DNA of 64,000 nucleotides from Lachnospiraceae bacterium (GTDB lineage Bacteria > Bacillota > Clostridia > Lachnospirales > Lachnospiraceae): the NCBI GenBank assembly GCA_017624235.1, contig JAGANL010000022.1, forward strand, positions 605 to 64,604. The letters run 5' to 3'. The notes below the pieces were generated by a model. The model was not told where the DNA came from. It saw nothing but the letters and a program-made list of their open reading frames with translations, and made no database searches. Positions 8,836 to 18,090 of the stretch are shown here, in pieces. Position numbers and translations under genes: made by a program. Each line of letters starts with the position of its first letter. The first letter of the stretch is position 1.

Positions 8836-9771
8836 TTATCTGGTAATCATCGTACCCGTCTTGCCTCTTACTGCATCATTTGCCTTCTCCAGGGAAGTAA
8901 TTAAAACGCTGCCCTCCGGTACTTTTTCCAGATATGCGATTGCTGCCTCAATCTTCGGAAGCATGTTCCCTTCTCCGAACTGGCGCTCTTCTATATATTT
9001 TTTGGCTTCCTCCACATTCATGTGACTCAGGCCCTGTTCATCCGCTTTGCCGAAGTTTAAGCATACCTGCTCCACGCTGGTCAGAATAATCAGGATATCC
9101 GCCTTTAAATCGGATGCCAGCTTGCCCGCAATGCTGTCCTTTTCAATGACAGCGGAAGCTCCTTTTAATGCCTGCTTCTGTTCAATCACCGGAATACCGC
9201 CGCCGCCGCAGGCAATGACCACCTGATCGGCATCTGCCAGCGTCTTAATTGCTTCAATCTCCACAATATCAATCGGCTTTGGAGCTGCTACCACCCTGCG
9301 AAAGCCCTCATCCACATTTCCTGTCACATAGTTGCCCTTACGTACCTCGGCATCTGCCTCATCTCTGGTCATATAACGTCCGATAATCTTGTTCGGCTCA
9401 TAAAATGCTTCATCATATGGATCCACCGTTACCTGTGTCAGAATCGTGCTGACTGGTTTGGAAATGCCTCTGGATAACAATTCCGCACGAAGTGCATTCT
9501 GAATATCGTATCCGACATACCCCTGGCTCATAGCCGAACAGACACACATCGGTGCCGGTGTATAATCGGGATAAACCCTGCGCAGCTCTGTCATAGCTTT
9601 GTGAATCATGGATACCTGGGGACCATTGCTGTGTGTAATGGTCAGCTGATAATCCGCCTCCACCAGATCCGCCAGTGCCTTTGCCGTTACCCTCACTGCA
9701 TCCTTCTGCTCTGTCGTCGTATATCCGAGTGCCTGATGTCCTAAAGAAACTACCGCTTTTTTCCTGCTCAT
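8836..9771 (-). CDS. arcC: Carbamate kinase (amino-acid kinase family)
   Basis: 311 aa. …VVSLGHQALG…, THSNGPQV, IACGGGGIPV. Appears monocistronic, with its own promoter and terminator. Confidence 0.85.
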   Translation of the reverse strand: MSRKKAVVSLGHQALGYTTTEQKDAVRVTAKALADLVEADYQLTITHSNGPQVSMIHKAMTELRRVYPDYTPAPMCVCSAMSQGYVGYDIQNALRAELLSRGISKPVSTILTQVTVDPYDEAFYEPNKIIGRYMTRDEADAEVRKGNYVTGNVDEGFRRVVAAPKPIDIVEIEAIKTLADADQVVIACGGGGIPVIEQKQALKGASAVIEKDSIAGKLASDLKADILIILTSVEQVCLNFGKADEQGLSHMNVEEAKKYIEERQFGEGNMLPKIEAAIAYLEKVPEGSVLITSLEKANDAVRGKTGTMITR

Positions 9772-9820
9772 ACCTTTATCCTCTCAATCCTGACTGTCAA
9801 TCTCGTAAAATCATGTAACG

Positions 9821-9849
9821 ATTATATCAAATTCTGGACAGTTTTCCAA
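9821..9849 (-). promoter_or_regulatory. Predicted sigma-A promoter of carbamate kinase
   Basis: Minus strand reads TTGGAA, a 17 nt spacer, then TATAAT. Confidence 0.55.
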
Positions 9850-9885
9850 GGGTTATTATGGCGGTTTTACATCCACACTTTCCAA

Positions 9886-10338
9886 CTATTCCCCGCCTGC
9901 CGCAAGCGCTGCCACAAGCGCTCCGATCATAATGCAAAAATCCGCCAGATTAAATACTACCTGACGAAACGGCTTCCATTTCACGCCAAAGCTGAAATAA
10001 TCCACCACATATTTTCTCTTCAGCCTATCATAGGTATTGCTGAAGGCCCCGCCAAGCAGCAGGGCAAGGCCGGTTCGAAGGGTCGTATTTCCTCTGTTTC
10101 CCAGAGAAAGTACAAAGAGTACCGTCACTGCTGAGGTCAGCACGACCGAACAGACAGCCACCCATATTTTCTTCTTTTCACCCAGATTTAAAAAGGCTCC
10201 GTTATTATGATACTTTCTTAAAATCAAGATGCCTCGTAAAACAGGCTTCTCCTCATCTGCTCTTCCCTTCTGCTCCACACGATTTTTTATTCCCAGCTCT
10301 GTCAGGAAAATCCCGACAATCATCATAATATACTTCAT
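9886..10338 (-). CDS. lspA: Lipoprotein signal peptidase II
   Basis: MKYIMMIVGIFLTELGIKN…, NNGAFLN, FNLADFCI motifs. ATGA overlap with the stop of the upstream kinase gene. Confidence 0.88.
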   Translation of the reverse strand: MKYIMMIVGIFLTELGIKNRVEQKGRADEEKPVLRGILILRKYHNNGAFLNLGEKKKIWVAVCSVVLTSAVTVLFVLSLGNRGNTTLRTGLALLLGGAFSNTYDRLKRKYVVDYFSFGVKWKPFRQVVFNLADFCIMIGALVAALAAGGE

Positions 10339-13034
10339 CCGAAAGCCTCTTCCTTTTTCTCCCATTCGTTCAGGATTTCTTCACACTTCTCCGTATCAAT
10401 ATCCTCCACAGCACTTCTCAGCTTTTCAAATAACGGCTTCTGCACATCGTCCAGAACATACTGCTCCATTTCCGCGATTACCTCTTCCATCCTGTCAGAA
10501 TCCAAATCGTCCATAGCTGCACGCATATCACAAAAATGCTGTGCCAGTATATCCGCAGTTATCTTCCTTTTTTCGCCTTCCGATACCTCTGTCTCATCAA
10601 AGAAAACAGCAAGAATTTTCCGGTATGCTCTATACTGCTCCAGAAGCATCGGCGTACATCGGTGAACTGCATCTGCATCTTCCGCATTTCCCGCTGTTTC
10701 CATCCGCTCTGCCAGATTTGCCAGTTCCCGTGCCCCTATCTGCCTGGAAGCACTCTTTAGAGCATGTACCTCTATGGCATATTCCTTCCATTGCTCCTTC
10801 TGCTCATATGTCTCGATCAGGGAAGACTTCTTATCAATGACACGGTAATATTCCTTCAAAACGGCCAGAAACAGCTTTTCGCTTCCTAACAGATCCAATG
10901 CTGATTCCGTGTCCAGCTCCGGTATCTGAATACCCGTCCCTGTCTCCGGCTTTCCTCTGCTGCCCTTTACAATCTTTTCAGCCGGCAGCCACCTCTTCAG
11001 CTTTGCCGTAATGACCTTTAACTCAATCGGCTTTGCCACAAAATCATTCATGCCTTCCTGAATAAACATTTCCTGAACTCCGTCCACTGCATTCGCCGAC
11101 AAAGCAATGATTGGAACTTCTCCGTTCCTGCCCAGCATCCTCCTGATAATATGTGTGGTTTCCACACCGTCCATCTCCGGCATCATGTGATCCATAAATA
11201 TCACATCATACCGCTTTTTCTCTATCTTCTCAATGGCCTCCTTACCGCTGCCGGCTGTCTCGATCCTCATTCTGAGCGGCTCCAGCAATCCCCTGGACAC
11301 TGTCAGATTGACCGAGTTGTCATCTACGATCAGCACCTCCGCCTCCGGTGCAATAAAGTCAAAGTCCTCCTCGGCCAATTCATAAAAGCCCTTTTCCAGA
11401 TTTTCTCCCCTCAGGATACCCGCAAGACTGAGAATATAAATCGGCTTCTGCAAAACACGGACATTGGGGATATCATATCTGCGGGTAGACTTGAACTGAA
11501 TCAATACAATACAGTTCATATCTTCATTTTCCATGAGAAATTCACTGACCCGGGAAGTAAACAACGAATGTTCTACAAACAGAATTTTGATGCCGCTGTT
11601 CTTCACCTCCTCCAAAAACTGCTCCGACGGAAGCGCTGTGTATTCCGCTCCCATTCTTGACAAATCCTTTCTAAGCTGTCCCTCTATAAACGGACTCTCT
11701 ATCAGGCCGGCCGTACCTGTTTTTTCCGGCAGCCGGCTGATCGAAGGATTTCGCTTGATGACCTTTTGCGGAAGAGAAAAGGAAAAAGAACTGCCTTCTC
11801 CATACTTGCTCTGTACCTTGATATTACCATGCATCAGCACAAGCAGCTGTTTACAGATTGCCAGACCCAGACCGGTACCTTCCACATTGCGGTTTCTCTT
11901 ACTGTCCAGCTGCTGGAAGGATTGAAACAGCTTGCCCAGATCCTCTTCCTTGATACCTCTTCCCGTATCAAGGACAGTCACTCTCAGTTCAATGGTATCC
12001 TGATTGATCCATTCAAAATCCACGGTCAGCTGTATCAGACCCTGCTGTGTAAACTTAACCGCATTATTGGCTATATTGATCATAATCTGTTTGATTCGGA
12101 TACTATCCCCAAGCAGCTCCTGCGGGAGCTCCGGATTGACATCCATCAAAAACTCCACATCCTTGTTGCTGATACGCGTTGCAACAATGTTTACAATATC
12201 ATTCAGCATAGACATAGGTTTATACACTGCTTCATTGATATCCATTTTACCGGATTCTATCTTGGAAAAATCCAGAATATCATTTATCACAGTCAGAAGT
12301 GTCTGGCCTGATGCCTTAATCTGATTCACATAATCTCTCGCGCGGGGCGGCAGGTCTTCCCTCAGGGACATTTCTGCCATACCAATTACCGCATTCATCG
12401 GTGTGCGAATCTCATGACTCATATTTGCCAGAAAATCCGATTTCATTCTGGAGGCCTTTTCCAGTTCCATATTTTTGAGATATAGCTCATATTTGCTGTA
12501 AGCAATTTCCGACAATACGTTGGCAATGACCTGCAGAGAACGGGTCGCATCCTCCACCCTTTCCCTTTTGATAATGTTCACTCTCTCTGCCGCCCTGATA
12601 TACTCCTCCGCATCTACACCAATTTCCTCTGCTACTTTTCTGAGCTTTTCCTCATCCGGCTCCTGAATCAATACCTGCCCACCAATAAAACAGCCAACCA
12701 TCTGGTCATTCGCCATAATAGGGGCAGCAAAATCTACCAGTCCCGCATGACAGTTATAGGCGCAGGAGACTCCCTCCCGCAGAGCCTGCTCTGCCCCCAT
12801 CTTATCACACAGCTCACACCTTCTTCGTCCAACCTCCGACCTTCTTGTATATTTCGCGCAAAAATCCGTAAATCGTGATCCCCTGGTCACAGGAACACCA
12901 TACCGGTCTGTTGTCAGGGATGCCATTCCTGTCATTCTGGAAAATGCGTCCTGTATCTTCTGCAGCATATCCACTTCAATTAAGTCCGTGAGATTGATTT
13001 CTCCGTCTCTGATCTCCATGTTTCCCGCCCCCAT
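10335..13034 (-). CDS. Hybrid sensor histidine kinase: PocR sensory domain, HisKA, HATPase, REC, HPt
   Basis: 899 aa. The N-terminal PocR-like Cys/His pattern is …FTDFCAKYTRRS…RRCELCD…AYNCHAGLVDFAAPI…GGQV. H-box SHEIRTPMN; G-boxes DTGRGI and GTGLGLAICK. REC is VLIVDDN…IFMDHMMPEMDG; HPt is HALKSASRQIGA. No predicted TM segment. TAATG overlap with the upstream REC gene. Confidence 0.9.
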   Translation of the reverse strand: MGAGNMEIRDGEINLTDLIEVDMLQKIQDAFSRMTGMASLTTDRYGVPVTRGSRFTDFCAKYTRRSEVGRRRCELCDKMGAEQALREGVSCAYNCHAGLVDFAAPIMANDQMVGCFIGGQVLIQEPDEEKLRKVAEEIGVDAEEYIRAAERVNIIKRERVEDATRSLQVIANVLSEIAYSKYELYLKNMELEKASRMKSDFLANMSHEIRTPMNAVIGMAEMSLREDLPPRARDYVNQIKASGQTLLTVINDILDFSKIESGKMDINEAVYKPMSMLNDIVNIVATRISNKDVEFLMDVNPELPQELLGDSIRIKQIMINIANNAVKFTQQGLIQLTVDFEWINQDTIELRVTVLDTGRGIKEEDLGKLFQSFQQLDSKRNRNVEGTGLGLAICKQLLVLMHGNIKVQSKYGEGSSFSFSLPQKVIKRNPSISRLPEKTGTAGLIESPFIEGQLRKDLSRMGAEYTALPSEQFLEEVKNSGIKILFVEHSLFTSRVSEFLMENEDMNCIVLIQFKSTRRYDIPNVRVLQKPIYILSLAGILRGENLEKGFYELAEEDFDFIAPEAEVLIVDDNSVNLTVSRGLLEPLRMRIETAGSGKEAIEKIEKKRYDVIFMDHMMPEMDGVETTHIIRRMLGRNGEVPIIALSANAVDGVQEMFIQEGMNDFVAKPIELKVITAKLKRWLPAEKIVKGSRGKPETGTGIQIPELDTESALDLLGSEKLFLAVLKEYYRVIDKKSSLIETYEQKEQWKEYAIEVHALKSASRQIGARELANLAERMETAGNAEDADAVHRCTPMLLEQYRAYRKILAVFFDETEVSEGEKRKITADILAQHFCDMRAAMDDLDSDRMEEVIAEMEQYVLDDVQKPLFEKLRSAVEDIDTEKCEEILNEWEKKEEAFG

Positions 13035-13927
13035 TACTCCAATATCTCCGCAATCGTCGCTGATAACCGTTTCATATCAATAGGTTTCAGAAGATATCCA
13101 TTCGGCTTCATCCGCAGTACCTCCTGAATCATTTCCCGATCAGACACTCCTGTCAGAAATACAACCGGCAGATTCCGCCATTTCTCATGACTGCGGATTT
13201 GATTCAATACCTCTGCTCCATTCTCTCCCGGCATCCGATAATCCAACAAAATCAAATCCGTTCTCCTGGTCTCCAAAAATTTCATAGCGACCTTGCCGTT
13301 AATAGCTGTTGCTACATCATATTTGGCAGAGAGATGACCTTTGATCAGCTTCAGTACACTGCTGTCATCATCCACGACCAGAATATGCTTTCTGGCAGGA
13401 GGCGCTCCTGTTCCTGACCCCTCTATTTCTCCCAGAATCTTCATCATCTCCGCAATCGTATCCTCTGCCTCCAGAGAGAACTTTGATCCGGTCGAATCAT
13501 CCTTTCCGTAAAAATCCACGGGGCCCTTCTCCATTCGGACATTTTCCGCAGGCTCCCTTTTTCCTCTCACCAGCTTCAGGATCCTGTCTTCTATGTTCTG
13601 GTACGTAATTGGTTTTTGCAAAATAGTGACATTGCCGGCATTGGCAACCTTCTTAAATAATTCGCAGTCTACATAATCCCCGATGACCACGATTGGAATT
13701 TTCTCCCCGATTACATTTCTCTCTATATTATAAAACCTTCTCAGAACCTCCTGACTCTCTGCCTTAAGACAATATACAAATACATCGGGTTCCATATACT
13801 TCATATGATGCAAAATATCGTCATACCGGTCGGAGCAGCTAAGGCACTCAAAACTGAAATCCATATGCACAAAAAATTCGCTTATGACCTTCTGGTTATT
13901 TCCACTCAACAATACTGTATACTTCAT
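13034..13927 (-). CDS. Stand-alone double-receiver protein (degenerate N-terminal REC plus canonical C-terminal REC, no output domain)
   Basis: C-terminal half reads ILVVDDDSSVLK…LILLDYRMPGENG…LTGVSD…KP. Start at ATG 13927 chosen for the AGGAGG RBS. Confidence 0.82.
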   Translation of the reverse strand: MKYTVLLSGNNQKVISEFFVHMDFSFECLSCSDRYDDILHHMKYMEPDVFVYCLKAESQEVLRRFYNIERNVIGEKIPIVVIGDYVDCELFKKVANAGNVTILQKPITYQNIEDRILKLVRGKREPAENVRMEKGPVDFYGKDDSTGSKFSLEAEDTIAEMMKILGEIEGSGTGAPPARKHILVVDDDSSVLKLIKGHLSAKYDVATAINGKVAMKFLETRRTDLILLDYRMPGENGAEVLNQIRSHEKWRNLPVVFLTGVSDREMIQEVLRMKPNGYLLKPIDMKRLSATIAEILE

Positions 13928-14100
13928 AGGCAGCCTCCTGTCCATTTTCTCATTTGATTTTTCTATTATATCAAATTTCTGGAAATTTGGCACTACATTT
14001 TATAATATTCTGAATTTTTATATTTCTCACATAACAATATACCGTCACGGTAGTAGCGACCTCTGTATTCCCTTCAGTGCATCAAAAGTTCTTACCATGT

Positions 14101-14562
14101 TCAGCCTCCCGAACCCCTCTTATGACAAATTAATGTCACAAACCTTTTGAAAAATCTCCCCGGCACCTCAAATACCAGCACAATTCCCAGCACAATGGCA
14201 ACGGCCGCCTTGATTGCAGCAAATCCATTGTCTGCCGCCTCTGCCGGCCGATCCGTTACAAGATAATATGCAGTCCAATAAATCCCCGCTCCCGGCACCA
14301 GCGGGAAAATCCCGGCAGTCAAAAACACAGTTGCCGGACACCTGTCCCAGACTGCCAAAAACCGGGACATCAATACTACCAGCATGGTAGCAAAAAAGGT
14401 GGCTTCTGTAAGTGTAAAGTGGACATATACCACCAATACTGAGTAAAGCCACCAGCCTGCCCCTCCCACAAGACCGCAGTAAACATAATATTTCCGTGGC
14501 ACACCAAAAAGCAGCGCAAACGCCACGGTTCCTAAACCAGCGGCAATCACCTGACCAATCAT
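14101..14562 (-). CDS. Threonine/serine exporter family small subunit (ThrE_2/DUF3815-like)
   Basis: MIGQVIAAGLGTVAFALLFGVP… is a 4-5 TM protein. ATGA overlap with the upstream ThrE gene. The upstream part of track ORF 14101..14946 overlaps that gene out of frame and is discarded. Confidence 0.8.
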   Translation of the reverse strand: MIGQVIAAGLGTVAFALLFGVPRKYYVYCGLVGGAGWWLYSVLVVYVHFTLTEATFFATMLVVLMSRFLAVWDRCPATVFLTAGIFPLVPGAGIYWTAYYLVTDRPAEAADNGFAAIKAAVAIVLGIVLVFEVPGRFFKRFVTLICHKRGSGG

Positions 14563-15365
14563 AGCAGTATCCCTCCAAAACAGCGATGATATATCATAAA
14601 CATCGCACCTACACCAATTGCCACGCACAAGAACACCAGCATCGCGTCCAAAAGCCGTACTGCTCCGGAAATATAATCTCCGTCTGCAATATCGCGGATG
14701 CCATTCGTAAAAGGAACACCGGGTACAAGCGGGATGATCGAACCTATGATCATGTGACTGAGATTTTCTCCCAATCCCAGCCGGCAACTCAGAATGCAAA
14801 GCAAGGTAACCAGCGCGGCACCGCAGATATTTTTTGTAATCTTGGACATACGAAATGTACCGGTCATCAGCACAAAAACATACAGCAGAAAACCGGCGGC
14901 AAACGCCACCATACTGTCTGTCAGACTTCCGCCAAACAAATAACAAAAGCAGGCACTGCCCACACCGGATGCCAGTACCTGCATGTGAAAACTCTTCCCG
15001 GGCATATGCCTGATTTTCTCCAGCTTTTCTTTTGTCTGCTCTATGGTATAACGCCCCTCTTCCACCTCACGGGAAAGCTGGTTCACTGCCACCACCTTAT
15101 CGAGCTGCGTTCCCTTCACCGGAATGTGCAAAACCTTGGCATACAGTCCGTTCGGACTTTCTGGATTCTGACTACCTGTGGTAAAAATGCCATTGCTCAA
15201 CACAAAAAAATTCTCGGATTCCACCCCGAAATGCCGGCATATCCGTTCCATGGTCTCTTCCACCCTGGAGATTTCCGCTCCGTTCTCCAACAGGATATGC
15301 CCGGCCGACATAGCGATCTCCAAAACCTTATGGTCTTGCTGCTCCATTTTCTCTTGTTCCATCAT
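14559..15365 (-). CDS. Threonine/serine exporter family protein (ThrE/DUF1212-like)
   Basis: …ALEIAMSAGHILLENGAEISRVEETMERI… is the typical N-terminal region, followed by TM helices. Start at ATG 15365 chosen for a GGAG 8 nt upstream. The track start (TTG 15440) is less likely. Confidence 0.8.
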   Translation of the reverse strand: MMEQEKMEQQDHKVLEIAMSAGHILLENGAEISRVEETMERICRHFGVESENFFVLSNGIFTTGSQNPESPNGLYAKVLHIPVKGTQLDKVVAVNQLSREVEEGRYTIEQTKEKLEKIRHMPGKSFHMQVLASGVGSACFCYLFGGSLTDSMVAFAAGFLLYVFVLMTGTFRMSKITKNICGAALVTLLCILSCRLGLGENLSHMIIGSIIPLVPGVPFTNGIRDIADGDYISGAVRLLDAMLVFLCVAIGVGAMFMIYHRCFGGILL

Positions 15366-15455
15366 CTCATTATCTCCGATTTCCATTCGGTATGATCTCA
15401 TCCATGATGATATCATACTGGATTCCGAAAACGACGGCAATATTTATTTTTCTTT

Positions 15456-17036
15456 TCACCCAAAATCTCCAAACGTATAATTCCATTGAATCTCTACTCT
15501 CTTATCCCTGTAAATCATAACCTTCTGAATAAATACATCCACCGCTTCCTGTGTCAGCTTTTTCATCTTCCTATCCGGTTTCGGTTGGCGGTATTCCTCC
15601 GTCAGTCTGCTAAATGCCAACTCTGTTTCTTCTATTTTGCATGACAATTCCTCCATCTGTGAAGCGATCCTGTCCGCCCTGCTGCGGTATTCTCCTGCTC
15701 CAATCTGTTTTACAGCATAGCTTTCATACAACGTATCCCTTTCTGTCTGCAAATGACGATACTGTATCCGATCATGACACAGTTCTTTCTTCCGTCTGTT
15801 CCATTCCTGTTTCCGGAAGGGTTCCAGGCTTTCACGCTGTTTTTTCAAATCTCCACGGCACATCAGTTCCCGGCCAATTTCTGTCAGCACGATTTCCTCC
15901 AGAATATCCGCCCTGAAATAAGTACAGCAGTCCGGTATCTGCGGCAGGGAATGTTTTCTGCACCCAAAATGGCTCGGCATCCCGCCATTGCTGCTCTGCG
16001 GCTTATAGCTCATCGCACATCCGCATCCGCCGCAATATATTTTGCCTGTCAATGGATGCTTTTCTCTATTCTGTAAGGCAGCGTTTTTCCTTCTGGCAGA
16101 CCGTTTCGGGCGAAAAGCGGACACAAGGGCAAATACCTCCGGTGTGATGAGCGGTTCGTGATGATTTGGGAGCACTTTCCACTCCTCTCTCGGAACCGCA
16201 GTCCCTGTTTTGCTTCCTACACACTTACGGACTGTTTTACCGTAAGCCATCTCCCCAAGATAGAACCGGTTATTCAGGATACCTCTGACTGCCGTACCGC
16301 TCCATTTCCGGTGTTCTCCTGCCTTGGCCCGCTCAGGATAGCGCATCTGTGTGACAGTCGGCGTCTGTTCCTCCATCAGCTCCTTTGCTATCTGCGTACT
16401 GCTCATGCCCTTTTCTGCCAGAGAAAAGATATGACGGACGATTTCCGCCTCCCTTTCATTGACGACCACCGCATTTTTTTCGGTCTCACTCTTCGCATAG
16501 CCAAAAGGGACCTGTCCAAATACATATTCTCCTTTTGCACATTTATTCTGAATGGATGTCTTTACCTTTACTGACACATCCTTGCTGTACAGGTCATAGA
16601 GCAGTGTTTGAAAAGCCGTATCCAGAGGGATGGTACTGCCTTCATGCTCCCTGCTGTCATAATGGTCATTTACGGCAATGAACCGCACTCCCAGAAAAGG
16701 AAAAATCTGATTCAGGTAATCTCCCAGTTCTATGTAATCCCTTGCAAACCGGGACAGATCCTTTACCAGGATACAACCGATTCGACTCTGCCTTACCTGT
16801 TTTAGCAGTTCCTGCATCCCCGGTCTGTCCATGCTCGTGCCGGAAAAGCCGTCATCGCAAAACTCTGCTAGCTCCCGTTCCCTTAATTCCGTATCATGGC
16901 TTATGTAGTCTAAAAGCAGCTCCCGTTGATTGGAGATGCTGTTGCTTTCCCACTGCTCCGTGGAAGTCTTACTGTCCGAGGTATCATCCTCTATGGAAAG
17001 ACGAAGATAGATGGCAATCTTCCTGTTATCCTTCAT
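15456..17036 (-). CDS. Large serine recombinase (resolvase, recombinase and zinc-ribbon domains plus coiled-coil tail)
   Basis: MKDNRKIAIYLRLSIEDD…SNSISNQRE…VKDLSRFARDY…; Cys cluster CGGCGCAMS…FGCRKH. GGGAG RBS before ATG 17036. Confidence 0.9.
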   Translation of the reverse strand: MKDNRKIAIYLRLSIEDDTSDSKTSTEQWESNSISNQRELLLDYISHDTELRERELAEFCDDGFSGTSMDRPGMQELLKQVRQSRIGCILVKDLSRFARDYIELGDYLNQIFPFLGVRFIAVNDHYDSREHEGSTIPLDTAFQTLLYDLYSKDVSVKVKTSIQNKCAKGEYVFGQVPFGYAKSETEKNAVVVNEREAEIVRHIFSLAEKGMSSTQIAKELMEEQTPTVTQMRYPERAKAGEHRKWSGTAVRGILNNRFYLGEMAYGKTVRKCVGSKTGTAVPREEWKVLPNHHEPLITPEVFALVSAFRPKRSARRKNAALQNREKHPLTGKIYCGGCGCAMSYKPQSSNGGMPSHFGCRKHSLPQIPDCCTYFRADILEEIVLTEIGRELMCRGDLKKQRESLEPFRKQEWNRRKKELCHDRIQYRHLQTERDTLYESYAVKQIGAGEYRSRADRIASQMEELSCKIEETELAFSRLTEEYRQPKPDRKMKKLTQEAVDVFIQKVMIYRDKRVEIQWNYTFGDFG

Positions 17037-18090
17037 TTTGCTCCCGCCGTTTCTTCCATTTTTCCCTGATCCCGGCTGCTGCTGACGCAGTCTCCGGTGT
17101 AATGAGCGGCTCATGAGCCGCTTCCTGTACCACCCATTCCTCTTTTGGCTTATGAATACGATTGCTTTCCTCTCTTGCAGTGATACTGGTTTTTCCCTGT
17201 ATCAGCCTGCCGGCATAAGTATCGCTTTTCACAATGCGTTCCACACCGCTTTTATTCCATCCTTTGTAAACTGCATCCGGCAGACAGCAGACCTCCCCTG
17301 TCTTGTGATAAACTGCGGGGGGATTGATTTTGCGGATGTTCAGCTCCTTCACCACTGCCGTATAGCTTTCCGTCTCGATAAATTTCTGATAAATATACCG
17401 GACAATCTCTGCCGTATTTTCATCCGGTATCAGCTTGCGTACCCTGCCCTCCCAGACTGCCTGATATCCATACGGTGCAGGACCTCCCACATAGGAGCCC
17501 TCCTTTCTTCTCTGTACCAACGATGTCTTTGCTTTCATGGAACAGTCCCTGGCATACATATCGTTTACCAGATTCCTGATTTCCACCGCCATAGCGCTTG
17601 ACATCTGTTGCATTTCACTGCCTTCTGCTCCGGTATCCCAACCATCCGCCACAGCTATGAAACGCACTCCAAGAAACGGAAAAATCTTCTCTATATAATT
17701 TCCGGCTTCCAGATAATTTCTGCCAAAACGGGACAGGTCCTTTACAATCACACAGTTAATGTCTCCCCTGCGGACATCCTGCATCAGCCGCTGAAACGCA
17801 TCCCGGTTAAAGTTGGTTCCCGTCTTTCCCAGGTCGATATAACAATCTGACACCTCCATTTGATCCGTATGCTTTCCATTCCATTCCTCAATGAATTTTC
17901 TGGCAATCTCTATCTGTCCCTCCAGGCTTTCACTCTGCGAAGCCCGGGACTCCTTCCTGTCTGTCTCTGCGGAGAGTCTGGCATAAATCCCTGCCCTATA
18001 GTACCTGATCTTCTGTGCCGTGACAGCGCCTGACCGTGCATCCGGATTTTTTCCGGCGGAGCGCCTCTTCGATATTCTCCCCATACTCAC
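17026..18090 (-). CDS. Short serine recombinase (resolvase plus recombinase domains only; no zinc-ribbon or coiled-coil)
   Basis: …AGIYARLSAE…, VKDLSRFGRNY, ends right after HEPLITPE. GTG 18090 overlaps the upstream stop (GTGA); an alternative ATG lies at 18084. Confidence 0.8.
   Translation of the reverse strand: MSMGRISKRRSAGKNPDARSGAVTAQKIRYYRAGIYARLSAETDRKESRASQSESLEGQIEIARKFIEEWNGKHTDQMEVSDCYIDLGKTGTNFNRDAFQRLMQDVRRGDINCVIVKDLSRFGRNYLEAGNYIEKIFPFLGVRFIAVADGWDTGAEGSEMQQMSSAMAVEIRNLVNDMYARDCSMKAKTSLVQRRKEGSYVGGPAPYGYQAVWEGRVRKLIPDENTAEIVRYIYQKFIETESYTAVVKELNIRKINPPAVYHKTGEVCCLPDAVYKGWNKSGVERIVKSDTYAGRLIQGKTSITAREESNRIHKPKEEWVVQEAAHEPLITPETASAAAGIREKWKKRREQNEG

Noticed and set aside
14101-14946. 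281-aa track ORF and the nested 14168..14578 ORF, considered as alternative genes in the thrE region.
   Set aside because: Only the C-terminal 153 aa (from ATG 14562, ATGA-coupled to thrE) are hydrophobic and family-like. The upstream part overlaps thrE out of frame and has Arg/Cys-rich nonsense composition.
17026-17114. Possibility that the short middle recombinase and the downstream recombinase are one gene split by a frameshift.
   Set aside because: The downstream ORF begins with its own complete resolvase catalytic domain (IYLRLS…NQRE…VKDLSRFARDY). The two are therefore separate genes, not halves of one.
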